Program-made: the position numbers and the translations under genes | Notes under the pieces: generated by a model | Seen by the model: the letters and a program-made list of their open reading frames with translations, nothing else | The model's database searches: none | What the model was told of the DNA's origin: nothing | Assembly (NCBI GenBank): GCA_049322915.1 | Contig: JBMOPW010000034.1 | Span: forward strand, 224,001 to 288,000 | From: Candidatus Zhuqueibacterota bacterium | GTDB lineage: Bacteria; Zhuqueibacterota; Zhuqueibacteria; Thermofontimicrobiales; Thermofontimicrobiaceae | Direction of reading: 5' to 3' | Length of the DNA stretch: 64,000 bases | Shown here: in pieces, positions 39,601 through 49,284 of the stretch | Numbering within the stretch: position 1 is the stretch's first letter | How the letters are laid out: every line of letters starts with the position of its first letter

Positions 39601-42600
39601 GCAGATTTCATCGCAAAAAGAGGGCTACCGGCTTTCAGGCGCTGCCACGATTTCGCTCACGGCAGGACAATGTAGCACCCTGCCTCAAAATCTGGTGCTC
39701 ATCAAAAACACCAACATCGCGACCGGAACGGTTGTCAATTCTGAAAACCAGCCTGTCTTTGGCGCGACGGTCGCAGTGAAAAAGGATGAACAGGAGTTAT
39801 CCACATTGACCGATGCCAACGGGACTTTCGCGTTCAGTCTGGAATCCGGCGCATGGCGTCTCACTGTTTCCAAAGAAGGATTTGTCAGTCCGGCAGCAAC
39901 GGCATTCAGCGTTAGCGGCGGCATCCGCTATGACGTGAAACCCAATCCCATCCTGACGCCCAATGCAGCCATTCTCTCAGGGTACGTGTCCGACGGCACC
40001 GCCACCATCGATTCGGTTCTTGTGAAAGCCATTCCCACCACAGGGTCGGTCATCACGACCTGGTCGGATAATTTCGGCTATTTTGCGCTGAACGTGCCGC
40101 CCGGTACCTATTCATTTTTGCCGCAAAAGGATGGCTATTACGTTCAGTCCGAAAAACAAATCACGCTGGCAGCCGGCGAAACCGTCTCCGGCTTTGATTT
40201 GATTTTGAACAAAATCAATGCTGTCATTTCCGGCAAGACGACACTCAATGGGACCACGCCGCTGGAAGGAGTGAAAATATCCGTCGGCCAGTTGCAAACG
40301 CACTCATCGAGCAGTGGCACGTTTTCGCTGGAACTGACCCAGGGCAATTACACAATCGCTGCGAACAAGGATGGCTTTTTTTCATCGCAGGAACAAGCTG
40401 TCTCCGTTTTAAGCGACCAGCGACTCGACCAAATCAATTTCGTTTTAACGCCCAATGCCAGCGTCATCAAAGGCCGGGTGACAGCCGACGCTGGCCCGAT
40501 CTATGCCGCACGCGTCACGGCGAGCCGTTACAACGCCGTGTCAGTCTTCACGGACGAAAATGGGTATTTCACGTTGAACCTCGAGGCCGGCGTTTGGGAT
40601 CTGATTGTAGAGAAGGAAAATTTCCTCGATGCCGGAAACGACAGTATTCTCATCGGCGCCGGTCAGACCCTGACCGGGCTCAATTTTTCCATGCTCAAAA
40701 ACGAAACCCTCCTGCAAGGCGTTATTACCGCAGGCCCGGACAATGCGCCTTTGCGCGGCGCAGTCATCACCATTCAGGAAACGGGCGGCGAGACAGAGAC
40801 GAAAAATGATGGCCGGTTCAGTGTGGCGCTCGAACCGGGTCATTACACGATTACAGCCCGGAAAGATGGCTATAGTCCGATGGCGCAACACACCGGAGAT
40901 ATGCAGGCCGGCCAGAGCTATCAATACGATTTCAACCTGACGCCAGCCGATTGCCGGATTTCCGGCAACATTATCGATGAAACCGGCGCCGGCCTCCCGG
41001 ACGCGCTGATCTTTCTACCCGGCCAGGCGAATATTCAATGCCTCAGTAATTCCCGCGGCGAATTTTCGCTTCAGGTGATCGCCGGGGATTATACGTTCGA
41101 AGCCAGAAAATCTGGTTACATCCCAACCAGCGGGCCTGTCGCGTTGAACCTCGGTCCGGGAGAAAACCGATCCGATGTGAATTTCGCATTGCAAAGCCAT
41201 TTTGCCGGGCTAATGGGAATCGTCACCGACAGCCTGACAGGGAGTCCGCTGCTCAACGCGCTGGTCACCGCAACCGGCCCGGAAAATTCCATTGGCTCTA
41301 CCTATTCGCTCATCTCCGGCGCTTTTTCTTTCACCGATCAGAATCAACGGGTTTTTTTGCCGGAAGGCGTATATTCGCTCACAGTGTCAAAGCCGGGCTA
41401 TGCTTCCAAATTCATTCCGGCGGTTCAGCTTCAGGGGAGGGCAACAGTCACTCAGGATATTTCGCTCGTTTCATTCTCCAATTCGATCAGCGGCAAAGTG
41501 ACGAGTGAAGCGGCGGACATTTCCGGCGCTACCATCAACGCCATTCACTCGCAGAGCAGCGCTCAATTTTCTGTGCTCAGCAGCGACGACGGAGAATTTT
41601 CCATCAACTCACTGCCAGCCGGCGAATACTATCTCAACGCATTCAAGAACGGCTACACCTCGCTGCCGGACACGCTCATCCGGGCCGGCGCAGCCAATGT
41701 CCCACTCGAATTATTGCCCAATCTGGGACGCATTGCCGGGCACGTGCTGGATGAACAGACGAGCCAGCCTCTGGCCGGCGTCGCTTTTTATGCCTATGAT
41801 AATTCAGGTCATTTCGGGACGACCTCCTCCGGCAGCACGGGAAATTTTGTTCTGGAAAATCTGGCGACCCTGCACCCATACAGCCTGTCGGTCTCGAAAT
41901 ATGGCTATGAGACGATTGTGCTTGAATTGATTTCAGCCGACAGCTCTCCGGAATTGCATCTTTCATTGCAGAAAATTTCCGGCGCACTGTCCGGGATGGT
42001 TCGTAAAACCGATGGAGCGCCATTATCCGGCGTCCGAATGAAAATCGTAATGGCAGATAACACCGCCCGCTCAGATACAACTTCGGCCCAGGGAAATTAT
42101 ACATTTGACGGATTGCCGGTTGGCAGCTATTTCATCTATGCCGAAAAAGTGGGATTCAGCAGCGCGCCGCAATACCTGACTGCCACAATCAGCCGATGGG
42201 GGGAAATCCCGAATCTGGATTTTGTCATGGATGAGGCGATTGCCGCGACGATCTCCATTCGCGGCAGCCTGACCATCACCAACAACACGACTTCAAAATA
42301 CGCCATTGACGCGCTGACGGCAGACGGCCGGACTGCGGTGATCGCACCGGCCTGGAGCTTCTCTCCGACAGACGCTCTGGACAGCCTGTCATTGACTGGA
42401 GTTGTCGATCCGGTCAACTCTTACATCGGACCGGTCACGATTTCGGCAATAGATACCTACTCCAACGCCCGGGGCGGCCTGGACATTTCAGTCGTTTCTG
42501 CAATTGGCAGGAACTCGCCGGCCGTCACATTGCACTGCGCCGAGAATGTTCAAATCAGTGTGCCGGCCAATTGCATTGACTACGATGTCCAGATCGGCAT

Positions 42601-43192
42601 GAAGCTGCCCCATTTTTCAGATTCCCAGCGGCTGAGCCAACAGTACGAGATTGCCGGCGATGTCTATGAACTAACGCCAGGGACGATTGCTTTCAGCAAG
42701 CCGCTGACTCTCACCTTCCCGCTGCCTGGTAAGGGCGATTCATTCAGTCTCGGCAGATGGAATCGCAGCGACCTGTCCTGGGAAATAGTGCCCCAGGCTA
42801 CCCGGCAGGGCGAGACCATTACCGTTGCGACCAATCAGTTGGGACGTTTTGCTGTGCTCAGCGAATCCCGACCGTTGGCCATCGATAATATCCGGCTGCA
42901 ACCGAATCCGTTTTCTCCGCTGGTGAGTCCACTGACCATCGCGTTCGACCTGACATCGATGGAAACGGCGCATCCGTCCGTCACCATCTCAGTTTACAAC
43001 ATGAACGGAGACCTGGTACGGGACATTTTGACCAACGAAGCCATTGCAAAAGGCGCGGGTAAAATTATCACCTGGGATGGTAAAACCAATTCCGGCGACA
43101 TGGCCCTCAATGGACGCTATCTCCTTCATTTCAAGGCAAAGGATAGCTCCGGCAACCAGGAGGCTCTGAAGGCAGTGGTGCTCATCAAATAG
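36626..43192 (+). CDS. Giant secreted calcineurin-like metallophosphoesterase with about 12 carboxypeptidase-regulatory-like repeats and an FlgD-Ig C-terminal domain
   Basis: Signal peptide; DAH, GDLVD, GNHD, GHTH; 12 (Y/W)xxxxxKxx(Y/F) repeats; PNPFSP...WDGK..G...NGRY tail. Confidence 0.88.
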   Translation: MKTIRIFLYIMVLAQTLLASEKISAIHNPLMTQPVITLPGGTFVVHCTADASATDWEVIISTRYFSRTLPVTASYDNGSAVWALTVSIPANTPFELYHVRVRASGGIDDTSPNSLRIISEYKQSYYFIHVPDAHLPSCSWVGYYDDENTVPEFERIIGECNLINPEFILQTGDLVDNGQVETGFDIAGQSLLKSTIPFFITGGNHDLWYDGHANWHSYFGSSMNFSFNYGEHFFCGMEMYDIPSVTFTAAQMDWLQDNLAASRLRSDKLRVLFYHYDESHQIDDEFVDENEIDLILYGHTHINGVSYLGSRNALNINTSYTMNDNGAYRLIKIHGDEVTEYPLLRYKQLSVRYSPTNDGTNWIINALITNDSPIQFENGLVKFIVPEDAAGYSVTGGAVQQVVPIAENKLLYYVEVNIQANAVHSVTLQSQSPPANHPPRITSFTPQLEITVTGGVSLTLSLAATDPDGDALAYTWLRNDQQLDMANASNYIFQNEDTYEGVDSIRAVVYDGSYRDQVQWVITTDKFSGEPQIVSDIGNFFAFNAPATIRWIEPTPISARLEFGTAPGDYSKGAIPETNVSEVTFVPQDYAMALGRYFCRVTDGAYSSREFFIIVESPIAPQMLSPLGNVQSLSPVFTWEKVPGVPYYWIMVSDQEVIVGKNSETGELMVEGANPIWAVLSSENEIPYGIPDPSHNFTSSPPPLIAGANYWWVVLNAYGNAPEFTSPVIAGVSEFKLDIAPPTLAAPALLSPANNATLNGDIVTFEWASVPGAVNFHVYPFKIEQESDMETSVPMWESIIATSNTYFDFPAYQRFVNGNYRWKIGAVDANGLEVHSETRDFIYDAPHAIVSIHTLDDAGTPDKTSDDYLLPRTKVEFTSIDGIFTGVPLSTDFHGNRENVNIAPGTYIFTASKDLYETILDTVTCDVDQSYSLYFRLNPSPCSLTGRVVDDNTLPVQNANVEAVHSLHTEIVKQTTSAANGHFSLSLSGGPWQISSQKEGYRLSGAATISLTAGQCSTLPQNLVLIKNTNIATGTVVNSENQPVFGATVAVKKDEQELSTLTDANGTFAFSLESGAWRLTVSKEGFVSPAATAFSVSGGIRYDVKPNPILTPNAAILSGYVSDGTATIDSVLVKAIPTTGSVITTWSDNFGYFALNVPPGTYSFLPQKDGYYVQSEKQITLAAGETVSGFDLILNKINAVISGKTTLNGTTPLEGVKISVGQLQTHSSSSGTFSLELTQGNYTIAANKDGFFSSQEQAVSVLSDQRLDQINFVLTPNASVIKGRVTADAGPIYAARVTASRYNAVSVFTDENGYFTLNLEAGVWDLIVEKENFLDAGNDSILIGAGQTLTGLNFSMLKNETLLQGVITAGPDNAPLRGAVITIQETGGETETKNDGRFSVALEPGHYTITARKDGYSPMAQHTGDMQAGQSYQYDFNLTPADCRISGNIIDETGAGLPDALIFLPGQANIQCLSNSRGEFSLQVIAGDYTFEARKSGYIPTSGPVALNLGPGENRSDVNFALQSHFAGLMGIVTDSLTGSPLLNALVTATGPENSIGSTYSLISGAFSFTDQNQRVFLPEGVYSLTVSKPGYASKFIPAVQLQGRATVTQDISLVSFSNSISGKVTSEAADISGATINAIHSQSSAQFSVLSSDDGEFSINSLPAGEYYLNAFKNGYTSLPDTLIRAGAANVPLELLPNLGRIAGHVLDEQTSQPLAGVAFYAYDNSGHFGTTSSGSTGNFVLENLATLHPYSLSVSKYGYETIVLELISADSSPELHLSLQKISGALSGMVRKTDGAPLSGVRMKIVMADNTARSDTTSAQGNYTFDGLPVGSYFIYAEKVGFSSAPQYLTATISRWGEIPNLDFVMDEAIAATISIRGSLTITNNTTSKYAIDALTADGRTAVIAPAWSFSPTDALDSLSLTGVVDPVNSYIGPVTISAIDTYSNARGGLDISVVSAIGRNSPAVTLHCAENVQISVPANCIDYDVQIGMKLPHFSDSQRLSQQYEIAGDVYELTPGTIAFSKPLTLTFPLPGKGDSFSLGRWNRSDLSWEIVPQATRQGETITVATNQLGRFAVLSESRPLAIDNIRLQPNPFSPLVSPLTIAFDLTSMETAHPSVTISVYNMNGDLVRDILTNEAIAKGAGKIITWDGKTNSGDMALNGRYLLHFKAKDSSGNQEALKAVVLIK

Positions 43193-43245
43193 CTCTCCCG
43201 GTTACACTCACATTCAGTAACGTCCCCATCAGATACGCTTCAACA

Positions 43246-43289
43246 CGCGCGTTCCATGAATCTGGATTCAGGCCAGCATGGAATGCGCG
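43246..43289. repeat. Strong intergenic inverted repeat
   Basis: CGCGCGTTCCATG...CATGGAATGCGCG. Confidence 0.6.
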
Positions 43290-43451
43290 CTCTTCATATT
43301 CCCTGTTTAATAAATTTTCACAGATGTTATCCATTTATAATTTTTTCGAAAATGCCGATTCAATGAATGTCAGCCTGACATGCGCGAAATGGACGGATCC
43401 GATTGAGAGTCTGCGTCTGCTTTTTAACAGTAAACTGGAGACGATGCTTCG

Positions 43452-44378
43452 ATGTTGAAACCTACTATTATCTTGATGTGCATTTTGTTGATTGCGCCCC
43501 TGAATGCGATCGCCGACATTCCAGCCGCATTTGTCGATATTGGCTACGGCGCCCGTCCCATGGGGATGGCCGGCGCATTTGTGGCGCTGGCCAATGACGC
43601 CAATTCTGTGCTCTGGAATCCGGCAGGCTTATCCCGCCTGAACAGCACCAACGCCACATTCATGTGGGCGAAACAATTCAATTTAATCCCCTACTATTTC
43701 TTCTCCTGCGGCCGGCCGATGACAAAGCGCATCGCGCTGGGCGGAGGATTCATTTCATCAGGGAATGACGCGCTGCGCGAGACCACCGGGTATGTCTCGT
43801 TCGCCTACAGATGGTCAAATTCATCCGGTTCCCTTCGGGAAAAAATGCGGTTTGGGCTGAATATCAAATTCAGACACTCCGTATTCGGGAAGAATGCCGA
43901 TGGCGGTGAAAACCAGATCAAAGGCGACGCATTCGGAATGGGACTGGATCTGGGTTGGCAATGGACCGTTACGCCGAAATTCGTCGCCGGCGCTCTGCTA
44001 CGCGATGTCATCAGCCCAGTCAATTATCAAAATACAACGCTTGGAACAAATTATCCGGAATCGGTTCCCCCGGCGCTCATCGTTGGCGGAGCAGTTTCCG
44101 CTTACAAAAATCTGCTGTTTTCGCTGGACTGGGAGAAGACACTCTCCAGCGATAACGTGGACAGGCTGCGCGCCGGATTGGAATATTCGCTGCTCAACAT
44201 TTTTGTGCTGCGCGCCGGCGTCAACCAGCCGGTCAGCGCCGATATCAATCGCAAATACGCCGTTGGCCTGGGATTGCTCTACTCGAAAAAAGGCCGATTG
44301 AATCTCTGTTTTGATTTTGCCTATGAATTCTTTTTCCTTGCTAATACACCGAAAATTTCGACAACCATCTGGTTTTGA
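43452..44378 (+). CDS. PorV/UPF0164-like outer-membrane beta-barrel
   Basis: AFVDIGYGARPMGMAGAFVALANDANSVLWNPAGL; terminal Phe. Confidence 0.85.
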   Translation: MLKPTIILMCILLIAPLNAIADIPAAFVDIGYGARPMGMAGAFVALANDANSVLWNPAGLSRLNSTNATFMWAKQFNLIPYYFFSCGRPMTKRIALGGGFISSGNDALRETTGYVSFAYRWSNSSGSLREKMRFGLNIKFRHSVFGKNADGGENQIKGDAFGMGLDLGWQWTVTPKFVAGALLRDVISPVNYQNTTLGTNYPESVPPALIVGGAVSAYKNLLFSLDWEKTLSSDNVDRLRAGLEYSLLNIFVLRAGVNQPVSADINRKYAVGLGLLYSKKGRLNLCFDFAYEFFFLANTPKISTTIWF

Positions 44379-44403
44379 TTTGACCACTTAACTTTTTAAA
44401 ACT

Positions 44404-45879
44404 ATGAAACAACACTTATCGCTTTTCCTCGTTGTTGCCTTATGGCACAGTCTGGCGCTGGCGCAGATTGAAAAAGAAAATAGCCTGCGCTGGTTTCAGG
44501 GCGGAACCGTGACCGCCGATTTCTCCTTTCGCACGGATATGTTCAGTGGAATCGGCAGCAAGGCCTACATGGGCTGTGCTTCCATGAATAGCGACGCCAG
44601 CGCGATTTACTGGAACCCGGCGACTCTGGCCTTCAGAACGAATCGGCAGGTATTGGTCTCGTTCATGCCGCCGCTCAGCCTCTCCATTGCCAACTGGTAC
44701 GATATTGCCGGTCAGGTTCGGACATCTGTGGATAACGCCATTGCGGATTATCGGCTCAGCGAAACAGGAATTACTTATCCCACTGTCACTCCGGTGGTGC
44801 GCCATCGGGGTGGAATAAACACCGCTGTGATTGTGATGCCGCTGTCCCGCTGGCTCGCGCGGACTGTACTGGGACTGGGCTATAGCCGCGCGCTGGAATT
44901 ACAGATGAATCTCGTCGCCAATGGCATATCCTCCCTGCTGGAGACCCGGAAGAATATCGGCACGCAAACGATGGTCGTGAAATTCAGGAATTCCATCGAC
45001 GCAAATGTGGAATCGCGCGCTGCGATCAATCGTTTCAGCGTTGCAGCAGCTCATCAATGGACGCCAATCCTGGCGACAGGAATTACTCTCGACCGCTATT
45101 TTGGAGAGGTCCTGTTCAACGGCGATTTCAGAATCGATGGCATCATGGAAACCGCCGGGAGCGAATTCGCCTTCAACGATCCCTATGATCCGCACATCAA
45201 TTTCGAAGAGGGCGAGCAGAATAATTTAAATCAGTCGATCTATTGCTCTTTTAAGGGTAACGCCTGGGGCGTGAAACTTGGCGCGGATTACCATCTTCGC
45301 CCGAATCTGTCCTTTGCCGCGATGGTGGAAATTGCGCCGACGCTCACCCTGTCCGGAGTGATGGATGTCGACAATAACATCATTCCGGCGCTGAACAGCG
45401 ATGTCCTTTTGGGGAACAGCGAGGAAGAAATCATGGATCCCTCCAAACTGGATCTGGCAAAACTGACTCTGACCGTTCCCTACGAGAATCCGACCGATGA
45501 CAGGCTGATTTTGCGCTTCCCCTCTTCAGCGAATTTTGGTGTGACTTACCGCTGGGCGTGCATCACCGGCTCGCTCCAGGTGACAGGTTACTTCGGTGAA
45601 TTATCTTATGCGACTTTAGGAACGCGTCGCGGCGCTGATTTTAAATGGAGCCTGAGAAATGGACTGGATTTCAAATATGTCCAGATCGGACTGGGCGTTG
45701 TTGCGGTGGATGAAATCCGCGAAGGGACAGATGATGACGCCGGGGCAGTCGAGAATATCCTGATCCCGCAGTGTTCTTTGGGCACCGGATTTTCGTTAGG
45801 CCGTTTTGCGCGAACCGAGACCCAGGCGTTCATCGCACCGACGCCGGTCTTCAAGCAAGTGCTGTTGTTCAATTTTTAA
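44404..45879 (+). CDS. FadL/PorV-like outer-membrane beta-barrel
   Basis: G.KAYMG....DASAIYWNPA.L; terminal Phe. Confidence 0.7.
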   Translation: MKQHLSLFLVVALWHSLALAQIEKENSLRWFQGGTVTADFSFRTDMFSGIGSKAYMGCASMNSDASAIYWNPATLAFRTNRQVLVSFMPPLSLSIANWYDIAGQVRTSVDNAIADYRLSETGITYPTVTPVVRHRGGINTAVIVMPLSRWLARTVLGLGYSRALELQMNLVANGISSLLETRKNIGTQTMVVKFRNSIDANVESRAAINRFSVAAAHQWTPILATGITLDRYFGEVLFNGDFRIDGIMETAGSEFAFNDPYDPHINFEEGEQNNLNQSIYCSFKGNAWGVKLGADYHLRPNLSFAAMVEIAPTLTLSGVMDVDNNIIPALNSDVLLGNSEEEIMDPSKLDLAKLTLTVPYENPTDDRLILRFPSSANFGVTYRWACITGSLQVTGYFGELSYATLGTRRGADFKWSLRNGLDFKYVQIGLGVVAVDEIREGTDDDAGAVENILIPQCSLGTGFSLGRFARTETQAFIAPTPVFKQVLLFNF

Positions 45880-46282
45880 AATCTGTCGTAACTTCGTGGC
45901 TTGGTGATATCACGGCAAGAATACATGCCTGAATAGCAACAAAAATTCTTATTAACCCGGAACCGGGAACGTATAAACCTGGAACCTGAGCAGTTAAAAT
46001 CTGCATCAGATTTTTAATGCGACGTCGACAGCAAGTCAGACTGAGTCTGGAATCCGACTGACTGCCGAACGTAGGCCGCGAATTAGCCTGCGAATGTCCC
46101 AGGCGGAGAGCGCTGGCAATTTCCTTTCACACAGGTCTTCGCCGGTAAATATTTCTATGACACATCTGCTTAATCGTAATAAAATTCCCCGGGCGCACTG
46201 CTCCTGAATTTTTCATTTTACACTCTTGCATTTTTCAAATATTTTTTTATATTATGGGATTAGAAAACTGAAAGGATCGCGG

Positions 46283-46768
46283 ATGAACATTAGCCAGGCA
46301 ATTCCAAAAGTTGCCGTTGTCATGGGCAGCGCCTCTGACAAACCAATAATGGATGAATGTACTCTCCATCTCAACTACTTTCGACTCGTAAGTGAAGAAT
46401 TCATTTTATCGGCGCATCGTACCCCGGATCAAACCGCTGAATTTGCAAAAACAGCTCGCGACCGGGGTTTTTGTGTTATTATCGCAGGAGCTGGTATGGC
46501 AGCGCATCTGCCGGGCGTGATTGCCGCCTACACCACGCTTCCGGTCATCGGTGTTCCCCTTTCTGGGTCTGCGCTCAATGGCATGGATGCGCTGCATTCC
46601 ATCGTACAAATGCCGGCAGGCGTGCCGGTCGCTACCGTCGCCATTGGAAGAGCCGGCGCCGTAAACGCGGCCGTCCTGGCGGCAGAGATCATTGGCCTCT
46701 TCAGCGAAAACGTCCGAAGCAAATTGGATGAATTCAAAAAATTGGGCTGCAAAATTCCCAAGCAATAG
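46283..46768 (+). CDS. purE: N5-CAIR mutase
   Basis: [32 protein letters not shown]. Confidence 0.96.
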   Translation: MNISQAIPKVAVVMGSASDKPIMDECTLHLNYFRLVSEEFILSAHRTPDQTAEFAKTARDRGFCVIIAGAGMAAHLPGVIAAYTTLPVIGVPLSGSALNGMDALHSIVQMPAGVPVATVAIGRAGAVNAAVLAAEIIGLFSENVRSKLDEFKKLGCKIPKQ

Positions 46769-46915
46769 CTACGGCCGGAAATAGAGACAATGCGCGCGAC
46801 TGCGGCGCTGTTATTTTTTCGATCACTGCGAGATAGCCTGCACCGTGTCCATGATTCAGCGGCGATAGGAATCGTTCAATGTCCGTTTCTGCGCAGCACC
46901 GAAAGGAGCCTGAAC

Positions 46916-48217
46916 ATGCGTCATTTTTTCAAGTTTGATGAATTTGGCACAAACTACCGAACGGAAATTCTGGCTGGCATCACGACCTTTGTCACCATGT
47001 CTTATATCATCATCGTGAACCCGGCCATTCTGGCCATCGCCGGAATTCCCAAAGGCCCGTCCATGGTGGCCACAATTTTAACCGCCTTTTTCGGGACTCT
47101 GTTCATCGGGCTCTATTCCAACCGGCCATTTGCCATCGCTCCCTACATGGGAGAAAACGCGTTCATCGCCTACACCGTTGTCAATGTGCTGGGCTATTCG
47201 TGGCAAACCGCCATCGGCGCGATTTTCATCGGCGGCGTTTTATTCACCATCATCACGCTGGCGCGAATCCGTTCCTGGCTGGTTGAAGCCATTCCAGAAA
47301 GTCTAAAATACAGCTTCGCGGTGGGCATTGGGCTTTTTTTGACATTCATCGGGCTGAATGAGACGGGCATTATCCGCGTCGGTGTCGCTGATGCGCCAGT
47401 GAAGATTGGCATGCTCTCCGAGCCGACCGTGTTGTTAGCGCTGTTCGGATTCATTTTGATCGGATTGTTATTGCTGAAACGGGTGCCCGGGGCCATCCTG
47501 ATCGGTATACTCGCTGTGAGCCTGATTTCGTATCTGTTAAAAATCGCATCACCGCCTGAAAAAATTATGAGCCTCCCGCCCAGTCTGGCGCCCACTTTTC
47601 TGAAGCTGGATATCGCCGGCGCGCTCACCTGGGGATTTTTCTCAGTCATCCTGACGGTGTTCGTCATGGATTTTGTCGATACTATGGGCACGCTCATCGG
47701 GGTGTCAGCCCGAGCCGGTCTGCTGGATAAAAATGGCAATCTGCCGAATATTGAAAAACCCATGCTGGCCGATGCTTTATCCACCGTCCTGGGCGCATTA
47801 CTGGGCACTACGACGAGCGGCGTGTACATCGAATCCGCAGCCGGGATTGAAGAAGGCGGTCGCACCGGTTTCACCTCGGTGGTGACGGCGATTCTGTTTT
47901 TACTGGCATTGTTCTTTGCTCCATTTTTAACGGCAATTCAACCGTTTGCCTACGGGCCTGCCCTGTTCATCGTCGGCATTTTCATGCTGGAGCCGATAAA
48001 AAAAATCGACTTCACAAATTACAGCGAACTCATCCCGGCGTTCTGCACCATCGTTCTGATGAGCTTCACGTTCAACATCGGCATTGGCATGACAGCAGGA
48101 TTTGTGCTCTATCCCCTGTTCAAGATTTTCAACGGCCAGTGGCGACGCGTGCATCCCGGCCTGTGGATATTGGCAATACTTTCGCTGTTATTTTATATCT
48201 TTTATCCCTATCAATAA
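46916..48217 (+). CDS. NCS2/AzgA purine permease
   Basis: TEILAGITTF..M.YIIIVNP, APYMGEN, YIESAAG...GGRTG; RBS AGGAG. Confidence 0.93.
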   Translation: MRHFFKFDEFGTNYRTEILAGITTFVTMSYIIIVNPAILAIAGIPKGPSMVATILTAFFGTLFIGLYSNRPFAIAPYMGENAFIAYTVVNVLGYSWQTAIGAIFIGGVLFTIITLARIRSWLVEAIPESLKYSFAVGIGLFLTFIGLNETGIIRVGVADAPVKIGMLSEPTVLLALFGFILIGLLLLKRVPGAILIGILAVSLISYLLKIASPPEKIMSLPPSLAPTFLKLDIAGALTWGFFSVILTVFVMDFVDTMGTLIGVSARAGLLDKNGNLPNIEKPMLADALSTVLGALLGTTTSGVYIESAAGIEEGGRTGFTSVVTAILFLLALFFAPFLTAIQPFAYGPALFIVGIFMLEPIKKIDFTNYSELIPAFCTIVLMSFTFNIGIGMTAGFVLYPLFKIFNGQWRRVHPGLWILAILSLLFYIFYPYQ

Positions 48218-48343
48218 TCCTGATTACTTCGTTTCAGGAGATAGCGGACATCACATGAATGCTGTGAGCCACATGATCATGTCCGGATAGAAAAAACTGA
48301 TCGGGTGTGCAATCGTCGATACCTGTCATTTCCGGGGAACTGA

Positions 48344-49267
48344 ATGAAAATCGGAGTCATTGGTACTTTCATTAACGACCAAATTATTCATACGGACAAA
48401 ACTGAGACGCGAAGCTTCGGCGGCATCTACTACGCCCTGACCATTCTGACCAATCTGTTCTCCGGTGAGGATGAAATCTTCCCGGTTTGCTGGCTCGGTG
48501 ATGATATTTTCGATGACATCCGGACTATTTTTTCTGCCAATGGCAATTTTAATTTCGTGGGAACCCGCCGATACATGGGAAAGAACTCAGCCGTGAAACT
48601 CATTTACCACGATGCTGAATCCCGCGATGAAATTTTGACCAACGTTCTGCCGCATGTCGATCTGGCGCATACCCGCTCTGTTGAAGCGGTGGACGTCTGG
48701 CTGGTCAATTTTATCACCGGCTTTGAAATGCGCCTCGACGATTTTCGCCAGTTCTGCGCCCGGAAATCCAGTCCCATTTTCATGGACTTTCACAGCCTTT
48801 CGCTGGAACGGGATGAGACCGGGCTGCGCATTTTGCGCAAACCGCCGGAGTGGCGGAAATGGATCGCTGATATCGATGTCCTTCAGATGAACGAAAAAGA
48901 GGCGTCTGTTCTGAACGATGGCGCCACCCTGTCCGACGAGAGATTGATTCGCTTCGGCGCTGATGTACTTGAAACAACACATATTCATATTTTTAATATC
49001 ACGCTTGGCTCCCGGGGTTCTGTGCTGGTTTACAAGCAAGACTCGACGATACACCATCATGTTTTTCCGGCGGCGAATCTCGGGAATGCGATCGATGCCA
49101 CAGGATGTGGAGATGCGTTCATGGCTGGTTTTTTATATCGCTATTTCCAAAACCAGGATCCGGTCAACGCAGCGAAATTCGCAAATTCCATTGCAGGATT
49201 GAATAGCACCGTGTCAGGCCCCATTGGATCAGACCACATCAAACGATTACTTCAAACAGGAATTTAG
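48344..49267 (+). CDS. PfkB-family carbohydrate/nucleoside kinase
   Basis: QMNEKE, ITLGSRG, DATGCGDAF. Confidence 0.88.
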   Translation: MKIGVIGTFINDQIIHTDKTETRSFGGIYYALTILTNLFSGEDEIFPVCWLGDDIFDDIRTIFSANGNFNFVGTRRYMGKNSAVKLIYHDAESRDEILTNVLPHVDLAHTRSVEAVDVWLVNFITGFEMRLDDFRQFCARKSSPIFMDFHSLSLERDETGLRILRKPPEWRKWIADIDVLQMNEKEASVLNDGATLSDERLIRFGADVLETTHIHIFNITLGSRGSVLVYKQDSTIHHHVFPAANLGNAIDATGCGDAFMAGFLYRYFQNQDPVNAAKFANSIAGLNSTVSGPIGSDHIKRLLQTGI

Positions 49268-49284
49268 CCACTCAAGGAAACGTT

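Noticed and set aside
45954..45988. Short AACC(C/T)GG tandem repeats as a CRISPR array
   Set aside because: Units about 7 nt, no spacers, no cas genes
46085..46150. ZTP (pfl) riboswitch-like pieces (CCGGCGAA...CCGCCTGGG) upstream of purE
   Set aside because: They lie on the strand opposite purE and lack the P1/P2 core
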